Origin: an uncultured Pseudomonadales bacterium
Lineage (GTDB): Bacteria; Patescibacteriota; Microgenomatia; UBA1400; PJMF01
Assembly (NCBI GenBank): GCA_964449995.1
Contig: CAYVBW010000003.1
Location: 1 to 46,189, forward strand
DNA: 46,189 bases
Reading direction: 5' to 3'
Of this stretch, positions 1 to 8,250 are shown piece after piece (position 1 is the first letter of the stretch; the number at the start of each line of letters is the position of its first letter). Position numbers and translations under genes: made by a program. Under the pieces are notes generated by a model. That model saw only the letters and a list, made by a program, of their open reading frames with translations. It was not told the DNA's origin and did not search any database.

Positions 1-1
1 A

Positions 2-367
2 AAAAATGTCAAAGAAAAAATCTTCCCAGGATATATGTTGGTTAACATGATTATGTCAGACGAAGCTTGGTTGGCCGTAAGAACCACTCAAGGCGTAACC
101 GGATTTGTTGGAGCTAGCAGCAAGCCCACTCCAATCGCAACTCATGAAGTGGAAGCCATCTTGAAATACTCTCAACAAGCTACTCCACAATATAAAGCTG
201 AATTTGTTGAAGGCCAAGCTGTTAAAATCACTGATGGACCTTTCACTGAGTTTTTAGGCACTGTTCAAGCCATAGATGAAAGCAAGGGGCAAGTTGAGGT
301 ACTAATCAGTATTTTTGGAAGAGAAACCCCAGTCGAACTCGACTTTTTACAGGTTGAAAAGGTTTAA
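2..367 (+). CDS. nusG: Transcription termination/antitermination factor NusG (5'-partial, begins before the window)
   Basis: The frame is open from base 2 (KNVKEKIFPGYMLV). Motifs VRTTQGVTGFVG, KOW 'GQAVKITDGPF' and 'SIFGRETPVELDF'. Lies upstream of rplK. Confidence 0.97.
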   Translation, partial: KNVKEKIFPGYMLVNMIMSDEAWLAVRTTQGVTGFVGASSKPTPIATHEVEAILKYSQQATPQYKAEFVEGQAVKITDGPFTEFLGTVQAIDESKGQVEVLISIFGRETPVELDFLQVEKV

Positions 368-389
368 AATTTAGTTAAAATAGTCGCCT

Positions 390-812
390 ATGGCAAAAAA
401 AGTAATCAACGTTCTCAAGTTAAACTTACCTGCGGGTGCAGCCACCCCAGCTCCTCCAGTTGGTCCTATTTTAGGTCAAGCTGGCATTAATATGATGGAG
501 TTTATCAAGCAATACAACGAACGCACTGCTGACAAAAAAGGCGAAACCATTCCCGCTGAAATCACCATCTATCAAGACCATTCCTTTACCTTTGAACTAA
601 AGTTGCCACCAGTATCAGCCATGATTTTAAAACTATTAAAAAAAGAAAAAGGCAGCCAAGAACCTAAAACTGATATTATTGCTGAGATTACCATGGATCA
701 GGCAAGAGAAATTGCTGAAAAAAAATTACCTGATCTAAACACTGATGATGTGGACGCTGCTATTAAGACAGTTATGGGCACAGCAAAAAGCATGGGGGTG
801 AAGGTTGTTTGA
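390..812 (+). CDS. rplK: 50S ribosomal protein L11
   Basis: AGAATPAPPVGPILGQ...GTAKSMG motifs; nusG-rplK-rplA synteny. Confidence 0.98.
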   Translation: MAKKVINVLKLNLPAGAATPAPPVGPILGQAGINMMEFIKQYNERTADKKGETIPAEITIYQDHSFTFELKLPPVSAMILKLLKKEKGSQEPKTDIIAEITMDQAREIAEKKLPDLNTDDVDAAIKTVMGTAKSMGVKVV

Positions 813-814
813 TT

Positions 815-876
815 GTGGTATTTAGTATTTGGTATTTGGTATAGCCCAGTGGTGAAACCAAATACTCAGTTTTAAA
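815..876 (+). repeat. Heptamer-array element, copy 1
   Basis: GTGGTATTTAGTATTTGGTATTTGGTATAGCCCAGTGGTGAAACCAAATACTCAGTTTTAAAA, 2 nt after the rplK stop. GTATTTGGT/ACCAAATAC can pair. Confidence 0.9.
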
Positions 877-921
877 AATTTTTGACAAGCTTAACATTAA
901 TCAGCAAACTAGGAATTATCT

Positions 922-1668
922 ATGGGATCAAAAAAAACAGTTAATGTAACATCTAATCCAGATGAAATTAAAGAAGTGGAAGTTGAAAAAAAAACTAAAG
1001 AAACAACTGATAAAGCTAAAGAAAAAACCGATAAGATTCAAAAAAAAGCAAAAGCTCAGCCTGCGAAGAATAAAACAAAAAAAGTCCGCAGTAAAAAATA
1101 TCAAGCAGTACGCTCTAAGATTGATCGTACTAAAACCTATGATCCATTTGCTGCAATCGAGTTAGCTAAAAAACTTTCATATACCAAATTTCCAGGAACT
1201 ATTACAGCCCACCTCACAGTCAAAGAACAAGGGTTAAGTCAAGAAATAACTCTACCCCACTCTACAGGGCAGACCAAAAAAATTGAGATTGCTTCGGAAG
1301 AAGTTATGAAAAAAATAGAAGCAGGAGAAATTAATTTTGATATTTTACTATCAACGCCTCAGTTCATGAGCAAACTCACTAAATACGCTCCAATTTTAGG
1401 ACCAAAAGGTTTAATGCCTAATCCTAAAAACGGAACTTTAACTCCAAACCCAGAACAAAAGAAAAAAGAGCTTGAGGCTGGAGCCACAGTTGTTAAAACT
1501 GAAAAAAAAGCTCCTTTAATGCATGTTGTCATTGGTAAAACTGATATGGATACCAAGCAATTAACTGAAAACCTACAAACCCTAATCACGGCCTTTAAAA
1601 ATAAACTGAGGAAAGTGACTCTATCAGCCACCATGAGCCCGGGGTTAAGGGTGGAGATGGAAGAGTAG
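922..1668 (+). CDS. rplA: 50S ribosomal protein L1 with a Lys-rich N-terminal extension
   Basis: LPHSTG, ILGPKGLMPNPKNGT and SATMSPG motifs. Confidence 0.95.
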   Translation: MGSKKTVNVTSNPDEIKEVEVEKKTKETTDKAKEKTDKIQKKAKAQPAKNKTKKVRSKKYQAVRSKIDRTKTYDPFAAIELAKKLSYTKFPGTITAHLTVKEQGLSQEITLPHSTGQTKKIEIASEEVMKKIEAGEINFDILLSTPQFMSKLTKYAPILGPKGLMPNPKNGTLTPNPEQKKKELEAGATVVKTEKKAPLMHVVIGKTDMDTKQLTENLQTLITAFKNKLRKVTLSATMSPGLRVEMEE

Positions 1669-1704
1669 TGGTAGCGTGGTATTTGGTATAGCCCAGTTGG
1701 TGGG
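1668..1704 (+). repeat. Heptamer-array element, copy 2 (no tail)
   Basis: GTGGTAGCGTGGTATTTGGTATAGCCCAGTTGGTGGG overlapping the rplA TAG. Confidence 0.85.
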
Positions 1705-1725
1705 CCAGATCAAGTCAACTCGAAA

Positions 1726-3564
1726 CTAAACCTCAACAGTCTCCAAAAATTTTTCAACTGTCATTGCCTGCTGTTTATCATCATCCCTGCTGCGCACATT
1801 TATCTCGCCCTTCTCCTCTTCTCTTCCGCCAACAATTAACATATAGGGAATTTTTTCCAACTGAGCATCTCTAATTTTGGCTGACAAAGTAGCGCTACGC
1901 TCATCAACCTCTACCCTCATGTCTACAGCTCGCAATTGCTCAGCCACCTGCCGAGCATATTCAATCTGATCATCAGTAATTGGTAGAATTTTTGCTTGAA
2001 TCGGAGCTAACCACACAGGAAAATTGCCAGCAGTATGCTCTATCAAAACTCCCATAAATCTCTCCAGCGAGCCCAACAAAGCCCGGTGCAGCATAAAAGG
2101 CTGCTTCTTTTCCCCCTCTTGATCGATATAAAACATATTAAACTTCTCAGGCAAGTTAAAATCCACCTGGATGGTGGTAAGTTGCTGCTCTCTGCCTAAA
2201 GCATCCTCAAACATAAAATCAATTTTTGGACCATAAAAAGCCGACTCCCCTTCAATACGCTCATATTCTATTTTCTTTTTAATTAACGCATTTTCTAAGG
2301 CCTGCTCTGCCACTTCCCACATTTCATCATCTCCCATATATTTATCTTTATTTTGTGGATCACGTACTGACAGGCTAATCTTGGGATCCTCAAAACCAAA
2401 TTTAGAGTAAATATCTTTAGTCAAATCTATTAACTCCAAAAGTTCATCAGGTAATTGATCTGGTGTGCAGATGATATGAGCATCATCCTGGGTAAAAGCT
2501 CGCGGGCGCAAAATGCCGTTAATTTCTCCAGATTTTTCATAGCGATAAACAGTGCCCATCTCTGCAATTCTAAACGGCAAGTCTCGATAACTGTGCATCT
2601 GAGAATTGTAAATCTTGACATGCCCCGGACAGTTCATCGGCTTAATCATATATTTTTCATCATCAATTTCTATCGGACTGTACATTGAATCGCGGTAAAA
2701 ATCCCAATGTCCGGAAGTCTTCCATATATCGAGGCGTGCTATATGTGGAGTAGAAACAGGCTTATAGCCACGCTCTAAATAAGTGTCAAAAGCAAAATCC
2801 ATGATAATCTTGCGCAACATCGCTCCATTGGGCAAATACAAAGGTAATCCCTGACCAAACTCTTCATCAAAAATGAAAAGCTTTAGTTGATTGGCAATCT
2901 TGCGATGATCTCTTTTTTTGGCCTCTTCTTTCTGCCATAAAAAGTAATCTAAATCCTCTTGAGTTGGAAAGGCTGTGCCATAGATACGGGTGAGCATCTT
3001 ATTTTTTTCATCCCCATGCCAATAAGCTCCTGCCACTGACAATAACTTAAAAGCTGAAATTTGACTGGTTGACTCTAGGTGAGGACCCTTACATAAATCA
3101 ATAAAACTTTGCAGTTGAGCTGAATCTATTTTTTCTAGATCTTGCTGTAGCAGTTTTTCATCGTGAGCCAGCTGCTTTTCTGTGCCCATTAGATAAAGAC
3201 TGGCAGCTTCTTCCTCCTGTTCTATTTGGTCCAACCAATCTTGTTTATAAGAATTACCCTGAAAAACTTGGCGAGCACTCTTAATTGACAAGTCTAACTG
3301 CTTTAACTTTAAATCTTCTTTGATAATCTTAGCCATTTCCTTTTCAATCTTCTTAAACATTTCCTCGTTTACAAAAAAATCTTCAGGCGTATCAAAATCA
3401 AAATAAAACCCTTCTTGCGTAGCAGGACCCATAGCCATCACAATACGATCTTTGCCATATAAGCGCTGCATAGCCAGAGTTAAAACATGCTCAGTGGTGT
3501 GGCGTAAGGCGAGAAGGTTTTGATCTGATTTTTTTTCTGGTTTGGAAGGAGATTTATTTGACAT
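1726..3564 (-). CDS. thrS: Threonine--tRNA ligase (no N-terminal TGS domain)
   Basis: DLCKGPH, AGAYWHGD, RIYGTAF, RDHRKI, KPMNCPGH, FTQDDAH, FYGPKID and HRALLGSLERF motifs. Confidence 0.98.
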   Translation of the reverse strand: MSNKSPSKPEKKSDQNLLALRHTTEHVLTLAMQRLYGKDRIVMAMGPATQEGFYFDFDTPEDFFVNEEMFKKIEKEMAKIIKEDLKLKQLDLSIKSARQVFQGNSYKQDWLDQIEQEEEAASLYLMGTEKQLAHDEKLLQQDLEKIDSAQLQSFIDLCKGPHLESTSQISAFKLLSVAGAYWHGDEKNKMLTRIYGTAFPTQEDLDYFLWQKEEAKKRDHRKIANQLKLFIFDEEFGQGLPLYLPNGAMLRKIIMDFAFDTYLERGYKPVSTPHIARLDIWKTSGHWDFYRDSMYSPIEIDDEKYMIKPMNCPGHVKIYNSQMHSYRDLPFRIAEMGTVYRYEKSGEINGILRPRAFTQDDAHIICTPDQLPDELLELIDLTKDIYSKFGFEDPKISLSVRDPQNKDKYMGDDEMWEVAEQALENALIKKKIEYERIEGESAFYGPKIDFMFEDALGREQQLTTIQVDFNLPEKFNMFYIDQEGEKKQPFMLHRALLGSLERFMGVLIEHTAGNFPVWLAPIQAKILPITDDQIEYARQVAEQLRAVDMRVEVDERSATLSAKIRDAQLEKIPYMLIVGGREEEKGEINVRSRDDDKQQAMTVEKFLETVEV

Positions 3565-3587
3565 AAATTTTTTTATTAATGCTTGGT

Positions 3588-3596
3588 ATTATAGCA
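3588..3596 (-). promoter_or_regulatory. Putative extended -10 promoter of thrS
   Basis: TGCTATAAT on the minus strand, 23 nt upstream of the ATG. Confidence 0.55.
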
Positions 3597-3703
3597 AACA
3601 AGTAACAAGAGCGAGATAGGAGTAATCTCACTTATTCGTCTTTAATTTTTACTTTTGATAGCTTATGATATATTAAATTTTATTAAAAAATCACATAAAA
3701 ACT

Positions 3704-4480
3704 ATGCCAAGCCCTGAACTCTCAATAACTCCACAAGAAACATCCCCACAGGAACAGTCTATTGATTCTTTAGAACTAGAGCTTAAAAAAACTTTTGAAG
3801 CATTTAGAGATTTAGCTCAATTGTTGAATTCCGATGAATGTTGGCGCTCTTTTTTGGATGAATTAGTTGAAATGAGTCGAGTGTTTAATTTATTGCAAAA
3901 ATATATGTATCTTGAAGCCGGCCCAACAAGAAGTCAAAGCATCACCCAAGAAGAAGTAATCCAGACCATGCTAACTTGGACAGAAGATAGAGCTGACATT
4001 AAAGCCAAAGAAATAGCTTTACAGGAGGAGGATGAGTCAATTGATAACCTAGTTGAGGTTAGAAATAAAATATTTAGAAAAGTTGGTCGTTTCATTAAAG
4101 TTAGAGTCGACGACGAGCGCAAAGAAGTGATTCGTGTAACTAAATTTGAAATAGGCGGAATGGAGAGAGTTAATGAAGTAATGACAACTTTAGGAATTTT
4201 TAAATATGGAGTCACAATTAATGACTATATTGCAGACGAAAGGTACTGGAGCAAAGACATTACCCCTGTGTTAAAAAATAACCAATCTAACTCAAAAATA
4301 GTTCACGCCATTGATGATCATATCTCAGTCGAGTTAAGCCGATACAATAATGCTTGGTCCTTTGCAGTTTACGCTGACGTCGAAACATATCAAAATTTAA
4401 TCAAACTGGCCCTAGCCCAAAAAGAAAATTTTGCTCAATTGCGAAGTCAGCCCTGGTTAGAAGATGAAACTCCTGCTTAA
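3704..4480 (+). CDS. Hypothetical protein (258 aa)
   Basis: Long ORF filling the gap divergent from thrS; no motif recognised. Confidence 0.75.
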   Translation: MPSPELSITPQETSPQEQSIDSLELELKKTFEAFRDLAQLLNSDECWRSFLDELVEMSRVFNLLQKYMYLEAGPTRSQSITQEEVIQTMLTWTEDRADIKAKEIALQEEDESIDNLVEVRNKIFRKVGRFIKVRVDDERKEVIRVTKFEIGGMERVNEVMTTLGIFKYGVTINDYIADERYWSKDITPVLKNNQSNSKIVHAIDDHISVELSRYNNAWSFAVYADVETYQNLIKLALAQKENFAQLRSQPWLEDETPA

Positions 4481-4518
4481 AACGAAAGCTTTAATTGAAA
4501 CCTTGAGCTCAACAAATC

Positions 4519-4547
4519 TTGCATTTCTAATTTCTTTCTCCTATAAT
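4519..4547 (+). promoter_or_regulatory. Putative sigma70 promoter of rplJL
   Basis: TTGCAT-N17-TATAAT directly upstream of the L10 leader. Confidence 0.65.
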
Positions 4548-4559
4548 AAAACGGTCTGT

Positions 4560-4680
4560 TTCCTAAGACAGCGTGGATTTTGGATAACAAGCCAACTGTA
4601 AATATCCAAAATTTAAAAACCGCGCCGAGGAGAAAATTTAAAATCACCTTTGGTGGTTAACCCTTTCCCCTCAGTTTTAG
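4560..4680 (+). promoter_or_regulatory. L10 leader (rplJ autoregulatory RNA)
   Basis: CTAAGACAGCGTGG...TTTAAAAACCGCGCCGAGG matches the L10-leader kink-turn pattern, with an internal 10-bp hairpin ATTTTGGATA/TATCCAAAAT. Upstream of rplJ; boundaries approximate. Confidence 0.75.
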
Positions 4681-4685
4681 AATCA

Positions 4686-4761
4686 TGGTATGTGGTATTT
4701 GGTATTTGGTATGTGGTATGTGGTATAGCCCGGTGGTGAGATGAGGCGACTCAGTTTTTAA
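4686..4761 (+). repeat. Heptamer-array element, copy 3 (in the rplJ 5' leader)
   Basis: About 6 TGGTAT(T/G) units + AGCCCGGTGGTG + ACTCAGTTTTTAA. Confidence 0.9.
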
Positions 4762-4805
4762 CTACTAAAGATTTTTTTAAACATTAAACATTAGAGCATC
4801 AAATT

Positions 4806-5318
4806 ATGCCAAGCAAAAATAACCAACAACAGGTAGAACTAATCAAAGAAAAACTAGGCAAAGCAAAGTCAGTAACAATCATAGATTACTCAGGAACTGA
4901 TGCTGACGATCAAGTCAAGCTAAGGTCAATGATTAAAAAAGCCCAGGGTGAGATGCTGGTTACTAAAAATACTTTAATAAATTTAGCAGTCAGCGATCCA
5001 TCACTTGAGGATTCTTTAACCGGAATGAATGCTTTAGTTTTTTCTTATCAAGATGCTGTTAGTGCTTTAAAAGAAGTGTTTGAGTTTAAAAAGGAAGAGG
5101 AAAAGCTTGAGATTAAGCAAGGCATTATGCTTGAAGACGGGAAGATAAAAATACTAAGCTCTGATGAAGTGGAACAATTAAGCAAGCTGCCAAATAAAGA
5201 AGAGCTTATGGTGATGATGATTCAACGCCTACAAGGACCTGCTTATGGCTTAGTGAATGTACTCAATGCCGGACCCAGAAATCTGGTTTATGCCTTAAAA
5301 GCGATTGCTGATAATTAG
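4806..5318 (+). CDS. rplJ: 50S ribosomal protein L10
   Basis: DYSG, VTKNTL, LSKLPNKEEL motifs; precedes rplL. Confidence 0.97.
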   Translation: MPSKNNQQQVELIKEKLGKAKSVTIIDYSGTDADDQVKLRSMIKKAQGEMLVTKNTLINLAVSDPSLEDSLTGMNALVFSYQDAVSALKEVFEFKKEEEKLEIKQGIMLEDGKIKILSSDEVEQLSKLPNKEELMVMMIQRLQGPAYGLVNVLNAGPRNLVYALKAIADN

Positions 5319-5393
5319 TATTTGGTAGCGTGGTATTTGGTATTTAGTATTTGGTATAACCGAGGGGTAAATCAATATAAATCAGTTTTTAAA
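5316..5393 (+). repeat. Heptamer-array element, copy 4
   Basis: TAGTATTTGGTAGCGTGGTATTTGGTATTTAGTATTTGGTATAACCGAGGGGT...TCAGTTTTTAAA; the first unit is the rplJ TAG. Confidence 0.85.
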
Positions 5394-5459
5394 TTCTAAA
5401 AAGCGAAGCGACATTAAACATTAACAATTAAAAACTATCAATTTTAGGAGGCAAATATT

Positions 5460-5909
5460 ATGGCCGAAGAAAAAAAGACAGAAGCAAAAAAAGAGAAAAA
5501 AGCTTCTAAAAAAGAAAGGTCAACACTTTCAAAAAAGGTACAAACTATTGTTGACTCAGTCAAGGAATTATCCTTGATCGAGGTTTCAGAACTGGTCAAG
5601 GCTCTGGAAGATGAGTTTGGGGTTAGTGCTGCTGCTCCAGCCGTAGCTGCTGCTCCAGTTGCAGGCGCTGCTAACGGAGAAGCTGCTGAAGAAAAAACAG
5701 AGTTTGATGTGGTTTTAAAAGATGGAGGTTCTAACAAAATCCAGGCTATTAAAGCTGTCCGTCAACTTAAGAGCGATCTAGGCTTAAGTGAGGCAAAAAA
5801 GTTTGTTGAAGATGCTCCACAAACTGTTTTAGAGGCCGCTAATAAAGAAGATGCTGAGGCTGCTAAGAAAGTCTTGGAGGATGCGGGCTGTTCTGTTGAA
5901 CTTAAGTAA
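5460..5909 (+). CDS. rplL: 50S ribosomal protein L7/L12
   Basis: [37 protein letters not shown] motifs; AGGAGG SD upstream. Confidence 0.98.
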   Translation: MAEEKKTEAKKEKKASKKERSTLSKKVQTIVDSVKELSLIEVSELVKALEDEFGVSAAAPAVAAAPVAGAANGEAAEEKTEFDVVLKDGGSNKIQAIKAVRQLKSDLGLSEAKKFVEDAPQTVLEAANKEDAEAAKKVLEDAGCSVELK

Positions 5910-5936
5910 TTCATCATTTAACTAAAACGGCACAAC

Positions 5937-5965
5937 ATAAACCACCCATTCACGGGTGGTTTATT
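5937..5965 (+). terminator. Intrinsic terminator after rplL
   Basis: ATAAACCACCC-ATTCAC-GGGTGGTTTAT, an 11-bp hairpin. Confidence 0.75.
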
Positions 5966-6151
5966 GTAAATTCTTTTTAGTATTAACTACTTCCCTTTTC
6001 TTTTATTAATACAAAACTGCAAGCAGTGCTTTTAAGTCATCTGGTAGGACCACTAGGTCTATCAAAAACCAGTTTTTTTACTAAAGGCGATATATTCTTC
6101 AAAACTATGCTCCAAAAGAGACCAACACTTTTACTAAAAGTGAGAAAAATT

Positions 6152-6290
6152 AAATAAATTCGCAAATTAGTATTAATAATAAATATGAGCTCATTTCTAA
6201 GAGGTTTCACCCCGAGCGCGTTTTGTCTTGTCCTCCCGCTCAGCGGGAGAATCAGGCCTGCTCCCCTGTCCCACTAAGCGGGACTGTGTA
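6152..6290. repeat. Second intergenic repeat family, copy A (palindrome-rich)
   Basis: 6152-6230 is colinear with 46108-46183. It is followed by hairpins CTCCCGC-TCA-GCGGGAG and GTCCCAC-TAA-GCGGGAC. Confidence 0.8.
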
Positions 6291-6398
6291 TTTAATCAGA
6301 ATTTAATTGCTTGTTCTTAACTAAAAAAACTAATTATTCAATGTTTTTTCTAATAATTTTTTTATATCTTTTTTATTCTCCCCCAACTATTGGTTTAC

Positions 6399-6471
6399 TT
6401 ATTCACAAGTTATTAATTTCAAATTATTATAAGACTCTATTTTTTATATTATAGGATAATTTTGTGGATAA
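6399..6471. promoter_or_regulatory. Two DnaA-box-like 9-mers
   Basis: TTATTCACA (6399-6407) and a perfect TGTGGATAA (6463-6471). Confidence 0.45.
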
Positions 6472-6564
6472 CTTTTTACTACTTTTTAAATTTACCATAA
6501 ATTACCCAAAAGTATCTTTTATATTCAACTTATAATTGATTTATCAATCTTTTTTTTATTATCT

Positions 6565-6604
6565 TGACTAAAACAAAAATTGCCTATTGACCTAGTTTTA
6601 GTCA
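6565..6604. promoter_or_regulatory. Candidate operator: 10-bp inverted repeat around a -35-like TTGACC
   Basis: TGACTAAAAC (6565-6574)-N20-GTTTTAGTCA (6595-6604), with TTGACC at 6587-6592. Confidence 0.45.
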
Positions 6605-6759
6605 TTCTGGTAGTTTAAATATAGTGATTGAAAATATTTGACCTACTTTGAAAATTTCAACATAACTTTTCATTAAAACTAAAGCTACTAAAATATAAAA
6701 ACTCATATAAAAAAAACATATTAATATCAACTATCAAACATAATCCAGAAAGGACCAAT

Positions 6760-7059
6760 ATGGCTGATAACAGCGCCTCAATATCTACTAATACTCAGGA
6801 GAGTGGTTACTCTCGGGATGACAGGCGCACTGGTAGAGCTAAAGATGCAGCTAAATTAAATTTAAATAGTCTGCCTGACCTGCTCACTGTGCGAGAAGTA
6901 GCTGATTTGCTACGAGTATCCCCTCTTACTATTAAAAGATGGGGCAAACGTGGTAAATTACCTGCCATTCGAATAAATTCCAGAGGTGATCGACGTTATA
7001 AAAAGGAATCTGTACTGTGGTTATTGGGAATTGATCCCAGCGAAGACGAGAATAACTAG
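6760..7059 (+). CDS. Small MerR-like/excisionase HTH (HTH_17, BldC-like) DNA-binding protein
   Basis: LLTVREVADLLRVSPLTIKRWGKRGKLPAIRINSRGDRRY; AAAGGA SD upstream. Confidence 0.88.
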   Translation: MADNSASISTNTQESGYSRDDRRTGRAKDAAKLNLNSLPDLLTVREVADLLRVSPLTIKRWGKRGKLPAIRINSRGDRRYKKESVLWLLGIDPSEDENN

Positions 7060-7079
7060 TGGCTAATTAAACAGAATTT

Positions 7080-7862
7080 TTAATCTGCTTTTGAAGAAAA
7101 CAACTGGCCTAACACAAGAAAAATAAACTTAAAAAGACGAGTTTGTCTTTTCCATCTCCAAGGTTCTTGAATTAATCTAAAAAGCCACTCTAATCCTATT
7201 CTCCTCATCCAGAAAGGAGCCCGGGATAGCCGACCAAAAATAATATCAAAAGACCCTCCAACAGTCATAACTAATTTTACTTTGGCCCTCTTTAGCAACT
7301 CTTGATTTTTTATCACCCACTCTTCTTGAAAAGGAGCTCCAAAAGCAACAAAAACTATATCTGGTTTACTGGATAATAACAACCGATCCAAGCTCTGCTC
7401 TTCCTGTCTAGAGGGTTGAGCAATTTGCTGATATCCCTGGGTCCAAATAAAGTCATGTTTATCTTGCAGAGGTTTTATTAACTCTTGATAGTCCTCCCCC
7501 CCTATCAGTAACATCTTAAGTTTCTGTTCCTGGCTAATCTGTAATAAATCTTTTACTAAATCCACTCCTGCAATGCGCTGCAAAATTGGTTTTGAGCGAC
7601 CAAAAATTGATAACAGCCTGCTGGACCAAACCAAACTAATGCCGTCGGGAACTAAAACGTCTGCCAGACGTAATTGTCGGCTAAAATTTGGGTTTACAGA
7701 AGCTTGGACCAATTGTTCAGCATTAGGGGTGAAAATCACTAAAAGCTCATTTTTGCTCGATAAATGAATCTTAATTTTTTTTAGCAAATCACTTCTATGA
7801 TTGCTAAACAGGCTAAAACCTAAAATATTTGCAGTCTTATGCATCTTTTTTGATTCTATCAT
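7080..7862 (-). CDS. WecB/TagA/CpsF family glycosyltransferase
   Basis: TPNAEQ, VPDGIS, RIAGVDL, VAFGAPFQEEW, VGGSFD, RAP...GLEWLFRLIQEPWRWKR motifs. Confidence 0.95.
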   Translation of the reverse strand: MIESKKMHKTANILGFSLFSNHRSDLLKKIKIHLSSKNELLVIFTPNAEQLVQASVNPNFSRQLRLADVLVPDGISLVWSSRLLSIFGRSKPILQRIAGVDLVKDLLQISQEQKLKMLLIGGEDYQELIKPLQDKHDFIWTQGYQQIAQPSRQEEQSLDRLLLSSKPDIVFVAFGAPFQEEWVIKNQELLKRAKVKLVMTVGGSFDIIFGRLSRAPFWMRRIGLEWLFRLIQEPWRWKRQTRLFKFIFLVLGQLFSSKAD

Positions 7863-8250
7863 TTTTAAAAATCAGCTTTTTTTTTAAAAAAATAAGTTTT
7901 TTTAATTAACAAATACTTAAAATTAGACCCAAAGCTCTATTTTGTTGTTTTTTTACCAAAATTCAAATTCGTTCTTTTTCTACGACACATCCTATAATTA
8001 AAAATTAACCGAATAATCACCAAAAACTGACTTATAAAAAATTATTTTTTCTTTTTTACTTAAATATCAAGCTTTCCTTTTTGCGCTTTTAGGGTAAATT
8101 TTGTCTTGAGTAAATTGAGTATTCTAGCTTTTTTTATATTTTAAAACAACAAATATTATAGAATAATTACTACATACAATTGTTTTTAGGTTATTTTCTG
8201 TTTATCAAATATCAAATACAAATTCTACACATCGATTATAATGGTTATTT

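Noticed and set aside
962-2688. Short ORFs overlapping rplA and thrS (and similar ones over rplL, murD, ndk, leuS)
   Set aside because: They lie wholly or largely within well-supported genes and have no independent evidence.
5965-6760. oriC
   Set aside because: Only one perfect and one near DnaA box, no dnaA/dnaN nearby; cannot be supported without skew data.
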